A stretch of 64,000 nucleotides of DNA, from assembly GCF_001194135.2 (NCBI RefSeq), contig NC_068984.1, positions 19,204,881 to 19,268,880 of the forward strand, in the 5' to 3' direction. Below, one piece after another: positions 51,361 to 64,000 of the stretch (positions are counted from its first letter, which is position 1; every line of letters starts with the position of its first letter). Source of the DNA: Octopus bimaculoides (lineage: Eukaryota). Made by a program: the position numbers and the translations under genes. The notes below the pieces were generated by a model that saw nothing but the letters and a program-made list of their open reading frames with translations, did not search any database and was not told the origin of the DNA.

Positions 51361-54113
51361 ATATATATATATATATATATGTATAAAATATATATATTTA
51401 TATATTTGTGTGTGTGTGTNNNNNNNNNNNNNNNNNNNNNNNNNNNNNNNNNNNNNNNNNNNNNNNNNNNNNNNNNTATATATATATATATATATATCAT
51501 CTGATTATATACACAGATCTGTCAACTCACTCTTGACTAGTTTGCTAATAAGGTATTATATTATATATTATTGTGTTGCAATGAGCTGGAGTTTATCTTA
51601 GCTTTTACAGTATTAAGCAGTTGAAAAAATATCCCTTCTCCATCCATCTCTCTCTCTCTCTCTCACTTAGAGTACAAAGTTAGTCTAGAGCAACTTTACG
51701 CTCAGGTGGATTCTAACTGAACACAGCATGCCAACAGGATACCCATCAAATTACAACGTCTCTGCTACAAACAATGATTAATTCTACCTTAGCATCGTAC
51801 CTACTTATAATCAGGTGAACAGAGATACTGAAAGCTAAGAATTTTTACCAGTGACACAGAATGACGCGGTATGGAACTGAAGGATGAGATACAAACCTTT
51901 AGAAGTCAGCTCACTTCATTGGCTATCAATCTACACTAATTAGTATTTTTGTAGACACTATACCACTCATGAGAAAATTGGTTCAGAGTTTGGAATATTT
52001 GAATAACAACACATATAAAGCTAATCTATTTTACAACCTAAGGTTTTCCTTTCATTTTTTTACTTACTATATCTGGAACTAAAGACAGTACTCATAGCTT
52101 CCATGGACTCTCTGACACTGGTAAATGAAAGATGCTTACAACACCTACATTTTCTCTAAGTTGTCAACCATATAAGTGCTAAGTAGGCTCTATGTTGCTT
52201 AATTTTAGTGATAAGATGAGAATCAGTGCTTTCAATATGATATTGCCATAAACAGTTAAGAGCTTATCTTCATGTTCCCTTTGGTACCATAATTCTGTTG
52301 AAATATATTGTCTATGTTTCAATTAATTTTGAAAATAATGCAGAATTTAATAAAATAACCTTTTAGTAGCAATCTGTTGATTGGCATATAAATTAACAAG
52401 GAATTTTGATGGAAGATTTTAAATTATGCCATTTTGAAATAAGAAATATTGAAGGTAGCTTTTAATTTAGACTACTTTAAGAAAAAAGAATAGATCTAGG
52501 GACAGTCTTCAATAAGTTGTTATCAAATGAGATAAGCATATGAGGAATAATCTCTCCTGTAAGATGCTGGCCTATAATAGATAACATTCCTTGTGGGAAT
52601 TAGAGTTAGTATTACAAGCCAATAAATACCATTTGCAATATTATACAACTAATGGTACCTACTTAAAATGAACCAACAAAAGAGCTCTTTCTCATGAAGG
52701 GGGACAAACACAGACACACAAATATATACATACATACATACATATTCGAGAAAAATTATATTAATGTATCTTACTTGTTAAAATTCCACTTATTTATTTG
52801 TGCAGCTGAAGATGGGACTACATTTAAATTGATGTAATAATTGCATTATTCAATTAAATGGAGCCACTTGAAACAATTGATATCCTGTTGCTTATTTTGA
52901 TATACATATATATATATATATATATATTCGACAGGCTTCTTTCAGTTTCTGTCTATTGAATACACTCACAAGGCTTTGGTCAGCCCGAGGCTATTGAAGA
53001 AGACACTTGCCCAAAGTGCCACACATTAGAACTGAACCCAGAACCATGTGGTTGGGAAGCAAGCTTCTTACCACACAGCCTGCATCAAAGATTTTTTAAA
53101 ATATAGTTTAAGGCTGTAGTAAATCTATATTAATGCATGCATGTTTTGAAAAATGCGTTATTTATTATTCTATTCCATATGTATGATGAATAAAACAAAT
53201 CAAGTTATAGTTTTCTATATATATTTAAAAAAAATATATATAAAGCATTAAAATAAACTTTCTCAGCGAAGTGTGCCAATAACTTTGCTATTTACTCCCC
53301 GTGTGGCTGCTTGATTTGCCTAAGAAGGAACAACCAAGACAGAGACGAATACCAACGTTTCTCATAAGGCAGGCTTGATAATTGACGAGAGATTTATTTC
53401 AGCATGAAACCAATGGTAGCCTTGTTAACCTTCATATAAAGTACACACACACACACACACTCACACTCACATATAATAAAATGAGCTAAGAGCAATAACT
53501 CAAAGTAGTTTGTAGCGTAAATTTAGACTTACACACACAAAAGATGTTTTGTGTCAGATATACTAAATGACATGACTATAAGAAAAGAATGCTCTTATTT
53601 CATTATATTTTTTATTTTTATCATACAGTCAGTCTCAAACCTTTTAGAGCCTCCTTCTATTTATGTATGTACCTGTGTGTATTTATAGTGAGCAAAATCA
53701 GAAGAGCAGAAACTGCTACAAAAAACAGAATTATTTTTTCAGCCCTAGGCTATGTGGATCAAAAACATTCTATCAGTAACATTCTAGTTTATTTTTTTTG
53801 ACATAATATCTTAAATAAGAGAACCTCTATATGGTCATTCATCCTGGTAGAAATAACAGATAAATTTCTCTCCCATCATACCCTACCATGTTGAAAATAA
53901 TATAAATGGGAAAAACATAGTCTAAATGTAACATAAGTTAATAAATAGAAATGCTCAATACACTTTAACTAATGTTCTTTAGCCTATGTTATATACACTT
54001 ATTAGGAAGCTTATTTTCTCTGACAAATAACTTGTGTGCAAGCTGAAAAGGATTAATTTTGACCTAGCACTTATTCCTAAAATGTGAACTAAACCACACT
54101 CTGATGTAGTAAA

Positions 54114-54149
<36 letters not shown>

Positions 54150-54167
<18 letters not shown>

Positions 54168-54910
54168 CATTTAGCATCTGTAGTTGCTGCTGGCATGAGC
54201 TGGATGGTTTGATTAGGGCTGGCAAGCTTGAAGGCTGTACCAGACTAAACGATTGTGATTTTACTTGGCTTGATGAGTCTTCTTCTCAAGCATGACACAG
54301 GTCTCAGTCATTGCTCCCAAGAAGCCCAACACTCAAAAGGAGCTTTTCATGTGCCACTGGCATCAGCCACTTTGCATCCGTGAGGTCTAATGCTTGAGAG
54401 GTGCTTTTTATGTGCCACCAGCGTGGGTGCCAGTTACATGACCCCAGTATCAGCAAGAACTACAATTTCACTTGGCTTGACGGGTTTTCTCAAGTACAGC
54501 ATATCACCAAAGGTCTCGTCACTAGTCATTGCCTCTGTGAGACCCAAAGTTCAAAGATCAATTTTCACCACCTCGTCCCATGTCTTTCTGAATCTACCTC
54601 TATCACAGGTTCCCTCCACAGTTAGAGATCGGCACATCTTTAAACAGCTGTTCTCATCCATACACATCACATGACCATACCAGTGCAGTTGTCTCTCTTG
54701 CACGCCACATCTGATGCCTCTTATGCCTAACATATGCTTACACTCTGTTGAACACGCACACTGACATTGCACATCCAGTGAAGCATACTGGCTTCATCTC
54801 CTTCAAGCCTACACATGTCCTCGGCTGTCACGGCCCATGTTTCACTGCCATGTAGCATAGCTGTTTGGCAGTGAAACATGGGCTGTGACAGGACATGCAT
54901 AGGCTTGAGA
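54150..54910 (-). mobile_element. Older, decayed RTE LINE 3' fragment with a 5' fold-back
   Basis: Translates to GIRCGVQERQLHWYGHVMCMDENSCLK..GRFRKTWDEVV. (CAT)n tail at 54113-54165. Confidence 0.85.
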
Positions 54911-55695
54911 GAACAAATCCAGTATCAGTGGCTATCTTTTTTTAAAGTTATATATACAACATCTTTCTAAGTATTTATTCTAATCTGCTCAATTTTCTAT
55001 GCTGGAACAGTTTGGGTTCTAATCTGAGGCAGAATTTTTTTGGCTGGATGCCCATCTTGTTGCCAGTCCTTTCCTGATTTACAAGTAAGGTAGTTTTTAT
55101 TCCAGCACTTTATGAGTGCAGAGCTATGGAGCATAATGTTCACTGAAAATGTAAACATAACATCAACATCATATCTATATGTGTGTGTGTTTGACTGTAC
55201 ATTTGGACTGATACCAAACATCATTGTCATGTAAGTGATGTCATTTGTTTCCCGTTTTCCAAACAAACAAACAAAAGACAAAAGAAACACACATGACTGG
55301 CCATGGGAGAAATTACCTTGCTTAGAAGCAAGTGAGAGTTAATGACAGGAAGCTCATTCCATCCTCAACAAGTTCTGTCTGACTCATGGAAGCATGGAAA
55401 AGTGAACATTAAATGATGATGATGATGATGATTACTTCTTCCTAACTGCTTCCTCCTTCCAGAAATACTTTATTCTCAGAGTCTTCCTTCCACTACCAAT
55501 GTGTTATAACTCACACTGAACAAGAATTACTAAATTCACTCCATTTTCTCTGTCGTCCACTGAAGAAGAGCGATTTACAATATAGGTGCTTACACTTCAT
55601 ACTTTCAAATAATAATGAAAAAAAATGATAAAAGTAAAAATATTAAATAAAAAATATATAAATGTTTAACAACCAAACAAAGATAAATTTCCTAC

Positions 55696-56010
55696 CTTTT
55701 CAAGTTTTTCCAGCATAGTTTCAATAGTAACACTATTCATTGACAAAATCCTGTGTTCTGTCTTTTCACAAGATTGACAGAAGTTGTCGATGTCTACCTT
55801 TAGTTGTTTCCATCTGCCCAAACTGTCTGTGATCTGCAGAATCCGAACATCAATTTCCATACAGACATCCATCCATTGTTTATCAAGAAGCTTCATTCTC
55901 TGCTGGAGAAGACTGACATCTTCTGGTTGTAAAACATTGTTTAATCGGTTCACATTTGTAAACAATATTTGGTACCTGTCATCATATGAGGCCACCGCAA
56001 GCAGAGTGTC
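55696..56010 (-). CDS. SYNE1: Nesprin-1-like exon, spectrin repeat, 105 codons
   Basis: Acceptor tttcttgcag|GAC, donor AAG|GTAGGA, phase 0-0. Encodes DTLLAVASYDDRYQ..LDKQWMDVC..IETMLEKLEK. Confidence 0.92.
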
Positions 56011-56617
56011 CTGCAAGAAAGGTTAGATAAAGAAATGGTTAAATAAATAAAGAAAACACACTAATTACAAAACAAGATTAATTATCTAAGATACGAAGTG
56101 GTATCAAGAAGTATCTGGACTTATAACTTATCTACTGAGGCGTTGTTCTACAAAACTATATTTCTCTTCCTTTTAATCTCACTATTCTAGAATTCTTTTC
56201 ACCTGATATTATAAAATTTTATACCCATATCCTTTTACCTTGTCCACGTAAGGGATATCTTATAGCATATATTTTTAGATGTGCAAAGTCAGTGAGTCAC
56301 AACCTATAGATAATTTTTAGAGAAGCACAAATATAAACAAACACACACATATCCACTTTTCCATGCTTGTATGAGTGAGAATTTCTACAGTTGGATGCCC
56401 TTCCTGCCACCAACTCTCACTTGTTTCCAAGCAAGTTAATATTTTTCTGTACTGGGACATATTTCCACAAAAAGACTAGAAATGAATGACATGGCTAGCA
56501 TGATGCTTACACTCATTATAATTTTTAAACAATATCAAGACAAGACACCAATGCCCCTCTTCCCCATATGTGTGTGTATGTATGTATTATATGTAAACAC
56601 ACACACACATATATGTA

Positions 56618-56736
<119 letters not shown>

Positions 56737-57873
56737 GATAGACTTCTTTTCAGTTTCCATTTACCAGATCCATTTTCAAGGTTTTTGTTGGCTCAGGATT
56801 ATAATACAAGAGAGTTGCCCAAGCTATTATGCTATAGGACTAAGCCCAATACCATGTGCTTCATAAGCAAACCTTAATACCACAAAAGTGCCTTCAACAA
56901 TACATGTGTGTGTGCTTGTGCGTGTGTGTATAGGTGCATCCAAACATAACACACACACACGCATTTATTGAATCAATATTTTCAAAGGTTACCAGACAAG
57001 TTAAAATTAGACATTTTTATGAAACACTTGTGTTAGTATTCCTTTAGTAGCTGGTGTAATTTAATTTTTTTTTTTAACCCCAGATCAACGCTGACAGAGC
57101 AGACCTATGATCAAAGACCTTGCAGCCATGACTATCCCATCCTTTTTCCCTAGATACCTAACACAACATTAACCAAAGAAAGTGCCCTTTCGTTTTCAAG
57201 ATGGTGAGAATGTAATTTGAGTGAGATTTGTCTGCTCCTTCTCGCAGTCTCAGGAAGTACCTGGAGAATCCCTCATTGACTCTCAGAGGTGACAATATAT
57301 AAAAAAGATAACAGGCACTCTGTTAGTTATGATCACAAGTATTTCAGTTCCGATCAACGGAATAGCCTGCTTGAGAAATTAAAGTGCAAGTGGCTGAGCA
57401 CCCCACAGACATGCTCACCCTGAATGTAGTTCTCAGGGAGATTCAGCATGGCACAGAATGTGACAAGGTTGGCCCTTTGAAATACAGGTATTATTCATTT
57501 TTGCCAGCTGTGTGGAGTGGAGCAACATGAAATAAAGTATCTTGCTTAAGGATACAATACGTAGCTGGGAACTGAACACACAACCTTACAATTGTGAGCC
57601 GAATGCCTGAACCATTAAACCATGCACCTTCATGAGATGACAATAACTTAACCGATGACTATACAGACTGTAAGTAAAAGATGAGTATCTCACTAATGTA
57701 GTCATCATAAGTTCTGTTACCTTTTAAGCATGACTACAGGAATGCCCAAAAACATATGTTAGCAGAGTATATAAATATTTCCTTCCAGTTATCAACAGAG
57801 ATATGATATCAGAATCTATAAACATTCCATTCTAGTTACCAATTGTAATATCTGAAATTAAATAATTAAGTAC

Positions 57874-58194
57874 CTTGCACTGCTGGTCTTCAGCTTCTAA
57901 GTCAGCATATGATGTTGGTAAAGGTTTGGTTGTAATCTTTCTGATGTCTTTAAGCCATGCAAACAAATCTTCTAATTCTTTCTCACAGAAATCATGCTTC
58001 TTAGCGGCATCCTGAGATTTCGCCATTTGTTCTGAAAGTATTTTAAGAATATTTTGGCGTTTTTGTTCAAGTTGTCTCAAATTTGCTTTTAATTCCTCTG
58101 CAGAATTTCCATCCATATATTGCAGCAACTTCTGGCCATCTTTATGCAGTAACTCATAACGATCTTCTTGTAACTTGAACTCGTTTTGAATATT
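57874..58194 (-). CDS. SYNE1: Nesprin-1-like exon, spectrin repeat, 107 codons
   Basis: Acceptor tttcttag|AAT after a (CTTT)n tract, donor AAG|GTACTT, phase 0-0. Encodes NIQNEFKLQEDRYELLHKDGQKLL..ELEDLFAWLKD..EDQQCK. Confidence 0.92.
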
Positions 58195-60092
58195 CTAAGA
58201 AAGAAAGAAAGAAAGAAAGAAGGTGTAAGGGGGAAAAAAATAAATTTAATGAAACATATTAAATAAATTAAACAAATAATAAACATCTAATTTTTTTGTT
58301 TTTAGCTTTTCAAAAGCAAAGTTTGTGTGTATGTGTGTATGCAAACATGGCTCAGTATATGACTGTAAAAACTATAGAGAGATAAATAGAATTGGGTACG
58401 TCAAAACATACAAAGAAAGTAAGAAAAACAGAGACAAATAAATACAGAGTGGGTGGGAACTAATTTTTCTTTGAAATTTCACAGAAGAAAATATTTTTAA
58501 GAGATTGAAAATTGTTAGTAAATACTAAGATTTTCTTATAGATTTTAAATTACTAAGTTTTGAGAGTCAACACCCAGAAGCTGAAGATTACAGAATCTAC
58601 TTACCTCTGTTTTAAGTGTTCAAATAATAGAGAAAGTAACCAGTTCTTAATTTTTCAGTGGTTGGGAGTGGATAGCAAATGATATTGTGAAAATTTGACC
58701 TACTATCAAATAACGTGTATACTAAATGCATGAATACATCTAAGAAAGTATTTAGGTAACTTTGCCAAATACTTTTCTTATGTTTTAATCTAAGAAGTTA
58801 ACACATGGTTAACACACTAATAAATAAATTTGGTCACTTATTTTGAAGCACATAAAACCAATGTCCTATTTTGAAAATCAGGAACTATTTGAGGTTTTTT
58901 TTCTGCAGAGTTTTAACTTTATCTATGAGCTTCATACATAACTTATTTAATATGTATGGGCGAACACAAAAATATTCCAGTTGACCCATTTCATTGATTG
59001 GTTAACTTAACTTGTAGTAAAAACTGAGGTAATATAATAATGTCATACCACATCGTATGAAATTTTTCCTTTTTATATAGTATAGCTCAAGATTTAAGAA
59101 AATGTCATCTTGGAACATGTTAGGAAATAATAACACAGTACAAGATTAAAAAAAGAAAGAAAAAAATCAACATAACTTCTATGTTTTGTTAAACTTCAGT
59201 GGAATATGAACTTCTTTCCTGTCTTTTATAAGTAGCTATCAGCTATGATATATGGATGGGGCATGGCCAAATGGGTACAGAGTTTGCTTTGTAATCACAA
59301 GACCTTGGGCTCAATACAAACCCACATGGTATTTGAACAATCATTTTTGTCATTGCCTCAGGTCAATTCAAGTTTGTGAGTTAAAGTGGGTAGATAGAAA
59401 TTGTGCAGAAGCCCATTGGATGCATTATACCTGTGGTTCAAATGTACAGCTTTGCTATGCTGATTCTGCCCTAGCATTAAGTTAATGGTACACATGTCTA
59501 TTGAATTATCAGCAACTTATACACTAAGTCATTGAGAATGTATCTCAGTTAATCAGACAACTGAATCCTCATTGCTGAGACTGATGGATGTTCCTTTACT
59601 GTCATTTATTCACCGATACTGTATTGAAATAAAAACAAACAAATTTCTGAAGAATGAGAAAACCATTATGGGTAAAAATTATTAATAGTCAACATATGGA
59701 GGCTATGATCGCTTCAGTTGTAACATTATAGATTTATATTGAGCATTGTTAAATCTACCATTTGAGGAAACTGGTGATTGTCTATTTTGGCAAAAATGAA
59801 TCAATAGTAAAGTTTTCTCAGCCTCAGATAAAGAGCAATTGCTCAAAATGTTATACTGAAGAACTTCTCACAGTAAATAAACTTAGTGGTTTAGCAAAAG
59901 ATACTGATAGAATAAGTAATCAGCTTATAAACAAAGTACTGCGGTCGATTCATTTGACTAAAAATTTTCCAAGGTGGTGCCTCAGGATAGCTGCAGCCTA
60001 AAACAAGTCACAAATAAAATATATATAAGTATGTATTTATGTGTGTGTGTGTGTGTGTGTATGCATTTATATATATATATATATATATATGA

Positions 60093-60123
<31 letters not shown>

Positions 60124-60296
60124 GTATGTGGGTGTGTTTATGTTTATTCTTCCTCCACTACTTAACAATTGGTGTTCATTTATTTATGTTCCCTTGACTT
60201 AGTGGTTCAGTAAAAGAGACTGATAGAACAAGTACCAAGTACCATGACTGAAATAAATATAAGGTAAAAGGTATAAAAATGATTAGCTTTAATTAC

Positions 60297-60620
60297 TTTC
60301 AGTTTCTGGATATCATTACGAATACGTCTCATTGATGTTACATCACTACCAAGAACCTCCATGCTGGTTTGCTGATCACTTAACCAGTTGTGGAACTTGT
60401 TGCTTTGTTCATTGAAATTTTTCCATAGACTGATCAAACTATCCACCGTGTTCACTTTTTGGTTGATTCGTTTCACCACATTGTGCCACTGCTCAGATAA
60501 TAAACTTAAATTTTGTTCAAAATCTGTGTTGCCAGATTCTCCAAGTTTCTGCATTTTCTGTCCATCAGCAATAATAGCATGAAGTATTTGCTGTTTGTTG
60601 ACCAGTTCTGACTTTAATGT
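60297..60620 (-). CDS. SYNE1: Nesprin-1-like exon, spectrin repeat, 108 codons
   Basis: Acceptor gttatgcag|ACA, donor AAA|GTAATT, phase 0-0. Encodes TLKSELVNKQQILHAIIADGQ..SEQWHNVVKR..RIRNDIQKLK. Confidence 0.92.
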
Positions 60621-60750
60621 CTGCATAACACAAATATACATACAAGGTTTGTTAGAAATACAAAAGGTTAAAGTTTCTCTTTATTAAATTAAATCATTAA
60701 AATCAATGATTCACCTCAACTTTTAAGCCATTTCTTTTTTCTATCTTTAA

Positions 60751-60920
60751 CCCCTATGTTGCCATATTTCTGTTGAAATACATTGCTTTAATTAAGTTTG
60801 AATATTATGAAAATAATTTTGCCATTACTAAACAGATGTTTGGGACATAAATTAATATGAAATTTTCTTGGAAGGTTGTAATTTAGATCACTTTAACACA
60901 GGAATTTTGTGCCAAAAGGG
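60751..60920. mobile_element. piggyBac-type MITE, 170 bp
   Basis: TTAA|ccc ... aaaaggg|TTAA. A degenerate relative lies near 52270-52470. Confidence 0.6.
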
Positions 60921-61614
60921 TTAAAGGTAGTGAATTGGTAGAGTTGGCAGAACATCAGCTCATGTTATTTGTTCTAGATCTCTATACTCCGAGTTCAAAT
61001 CCTGCCAGATTAACTTTGCCCTTCATCTTTTCAGAGTCATCATCATTGTCATCATTATCATCATCATTTAACATCCATTTTCCATGCTGGCATGGGTTGG
61101 ACATTTTGACAGGAGCTGGCATGCTGGAGAGCTACAGCAGGTTTTAATTGTCTGTTTTGGCATGGTTTTTATGGATGGATACTCTTCCCAACACCAACCA
61201 CTTTACAGAGCATACTGGCTGCTTTATGTATAAAGTACCAGTCAAGTACTAGTGTTGATTTTCCCGTCTTCTCTCTCTCTCTCTTTTGTTCTCTTTCAAA
61301 AGTTATTGAAGCTAAGAAGATGATGTCCTATAAAACACCTGAAAGAAGGCAATAGGAAACCAGATTTGTATTTTTCTCTGAAATTCTCACAGCAACCATT
61401 TAGTGCTTATCAAGAGAATCACCAGAGGTCATTCATTGACCTGAGGCACATCTTATCTTTCTTTTCAATGAGAAATAAATTAGAGAAATTTTTCTAACCT
61501 AGAAAGTTACATTATTTAACAGAGAAGCTATTTTGTAGTTACATGCTCTTTCTAATACCAAATTTCCATTTCTTTACATTCATATACATTTTAAGATTAC
61601 TGATTTCTATAAAA

Positions 61615-61945
61615 GAGTAAAGACCCCTTTCGGTCATGAATGACCATAGGACTGCGCCTAGAAAAAAATTCCCCTCCAAGGCACAAGGTTGTTTATGGAA
61701 GACCAGCAGTCACCCATGCATACCAGCCCCCTGTCTCCATACCACCAATGTTATCCAAGGGAACGGCAAAGACTTATACAGCTTGGCACCAGTGATGTCA
61801 CAACTAATTTCTACAGCTGAGTGAACTGGAGTAATATGAAATAAAGTGTCTTGCTCAAGAACACAACACACAACCCGGTCTGGAAATCAAACTCACTACC
61901 TCATGATTGTGAGCCCAACGTTCTAACCACCGAGCCAAGCAACAC
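61615..61945 (-). mobile_element. tRNA-derived SINE with a distinct 3' tail
   Basis: Minus-strand head gcttggctcggtggttagaacgttgggctcacaatcatgaggtagtgagtttgatttcc. Confidence 0.7.
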
Positions 61946-63645
61946 TGTCATATCATGCTAAGAATTTACAGGTGTTTTGTTGCTTTCTCTGGGTAGTTTA
62001 GTATAGTAGCTGGTACCAGTAATTGAACCTGGACTGCAAATTTGCAACACCAACAAATTACTTTCTACATCTTACCTGTGAAGGCATGTACCTTAGTGGT
62101 TACGGTACTTGGCTCATGATTGTAAGATCATGAGTTTGTTTCCCAGTGGCACATTGTGTTATTGAGCAAGGGATTTCATTTCATGTTACTCCAGTCCACT
62201 CAGCTGGTTAAAATGAGATGTACTTATAAATCAAAGGGCCAGCCTTGTCATTTTCTGTGTCATGTTAAATCTCCTTGAGAACTACATAAAGGGTATGTGT
62301 GTCTGTGAAGTGCTCAGTCACTTACATGTTAACTTTATGAGGAAACTATTACATTGATTAGATCAACTGGAACACTTGTCATCATAACTGGCAGAGCGCC
62401 AGTACATCCTCCCCTGTGATGCTTAAGTAATACTGCTTAAATAAAACTATATTTTAAGAGCGAGTTCTGAGAATATTAAGCCATACCAAGGGAGGATTAT
62501 TTCATCTTGGTCTAGTGGTTAGGGTTGTTGAGTTATGAGTATGAGATCATGGGTTCAATTCTTTGATTGACTAGTACGTTGTGACCTTTGGCAATGCATT
62601 TCGTTTCATTCTGATTGAATCTACTTCGCTGGTGCAATTCTTTCTCCCTTCAGCTGTCATATCCAGGATGTTCCACTAGGTCAAGGGTTGGAAAGGGAAG
62701 AGAGAGTGTTTATGTCTGCTTGTGACTACCACCGACACCTAAACCAATTAGCGGAAGCAAGGTACATGCTATTGGGTAATTCTTAGTTCAGAAAAATGGC
62801 TATCGATTTGGTTTATTGCATCAACAAGAGAACTTTATTTACGCATGATAATGATGTTCAGAAAAACAAAGACAGTAATATAAAACAACTGTTCACTACA
62901 AACAGGAAAACCTTTAGTTGTGTTTCGGTGATCCAATAGATAGCTGGATGTACTTTAATATCAGAGGTCAAAATTAACTGCTAAGAAAAAATGATAATCA
63001 CTTCATCTAAACTCATTTTGCCTGGCTGTCTATAGATATTATATTACTGTTTTCCATAATATCTGACTCTTAGATTTTGTAATATATATTTATAGCCATT
63101 GTTTTAAACAAATACAAGTTGGAGGGATACCAAAAATATGGATCATCATATGAATTGCTTGAACCAATGTTTTGACAGTAAATTTCATTCCTGATATAAC
63201 AATATAAACTCAAAATAGAAACTGTAGCTATTTTCTGAGATATATTTAGAGTAACATATATTATTTCAAGACACATCTTAATGCCTGGAGCGTCAAATGG
63301 ATTCATAACTAATCATTACATCCCTTATCCATTTAGCATTTTAAACTGACCATATCTGGCCCAAATATTGTACCTACTATGTTCAAACTGGCTAGATCTG
63401 GCCTCTCAGACCTACTCTACACTGTCATTTAAAAAAATAAGCATCACATTTGACAGAATAATCTTAATACTAAAGGGTTAAAAAGATTTCCTTTGAAATA
63501 CTGATAAGTTAACAACATGTAAAATTGTAAAACAAACTCAGCATTTAATGGATAGATGTATAAATTTTGCTGCCTTAAAATAATGAAATAACAGCTTCAA
63601 TAAATTCCAACTGCTGTAGAGAAATTAGATGGTAAAGTTCATTAC

Positions 63646-64000
63646 CTGATATTTTTTCTGTTGATCAACGAGTTGTTCTAAATTTCCTTGGATTTCAACT
63701 GCAAGTTCATTTTCAATTTGAGCAAGGTATGCCATCCACAAAGAACATTTTTCAGTAAAATCTTGCTGGAGTAGAACATTATCTTGCAAACTATGACAAA
63801 GTTCTACCGTCTGTGATTTTAGTTGATACCACTTGTGATTTAATTCTTGTAGTTCTTGAATAGAATTATCACTCAAAACCATTCTGTAGCCGAGCTCATT
63901 GAGGCTATCCAACAATGGAGCATTTATATTAAACTCAATGAGAAGTTCTTTAAACTGTATGAAACTGTCTTTTGTAACAATATCTTCGCTTGCTGACTGA
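63646..64000 (-). CDS. SYNE1: Nesprin-1-like exon, spectrin repeat; 5' end at or beyond the window edge
   Basis: Open frame to the window edge (..QSASEDIVTKDSFIQFKELLIEFNINAPLLDSLNELGY..LEQLVDQQKKYQ). Donor CAG|GTAATG, phase 0. Spectrin-type W and amphipathic helix pattern. Confidence 0.9.

Overview
AT-rich, microsatellite-dense metazoan genomic DNA with eight N gaps. The repeat content suggests a coleoid cephalopod such as Octopus (inference). The whole window lies inside one minus-strand gene, a giant spectrin-repeat protein of the nesprin-1/SYNE1 (Msp300-like) family. Twelve exons with GT-AG sites join into one continuous open frame covering the C-terminal spectrin repeats and the adaptive-domain region. 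Both the N-terminus and the KASH exon lie outside the window. The introns carry tRNA-derived SINEs, RTE LINE tails, an REL-type LINE fragment, a decayed Penelope-like RT, and piggyBac- and hAT-type TIR elements. Four observations stand out: (1) two tandemly duplicated, frame-preserving 66-nt exons at the position of the vertebrate DV23 cassette exon; (2) a tRNA-headed SINE carrying a minimal type I hammerhead ribozyme motif, reminiscent of Schistosoma Sm-alpha and retrozymes; (3) apparent loss of the kinesin-1-binding LEWD motif; (4) candidate internal and antisense promoters plus several fold-back structures. Exon coordinates were derived by hand. Comparisons to vertebrate proteins are from recall and need an alignment.
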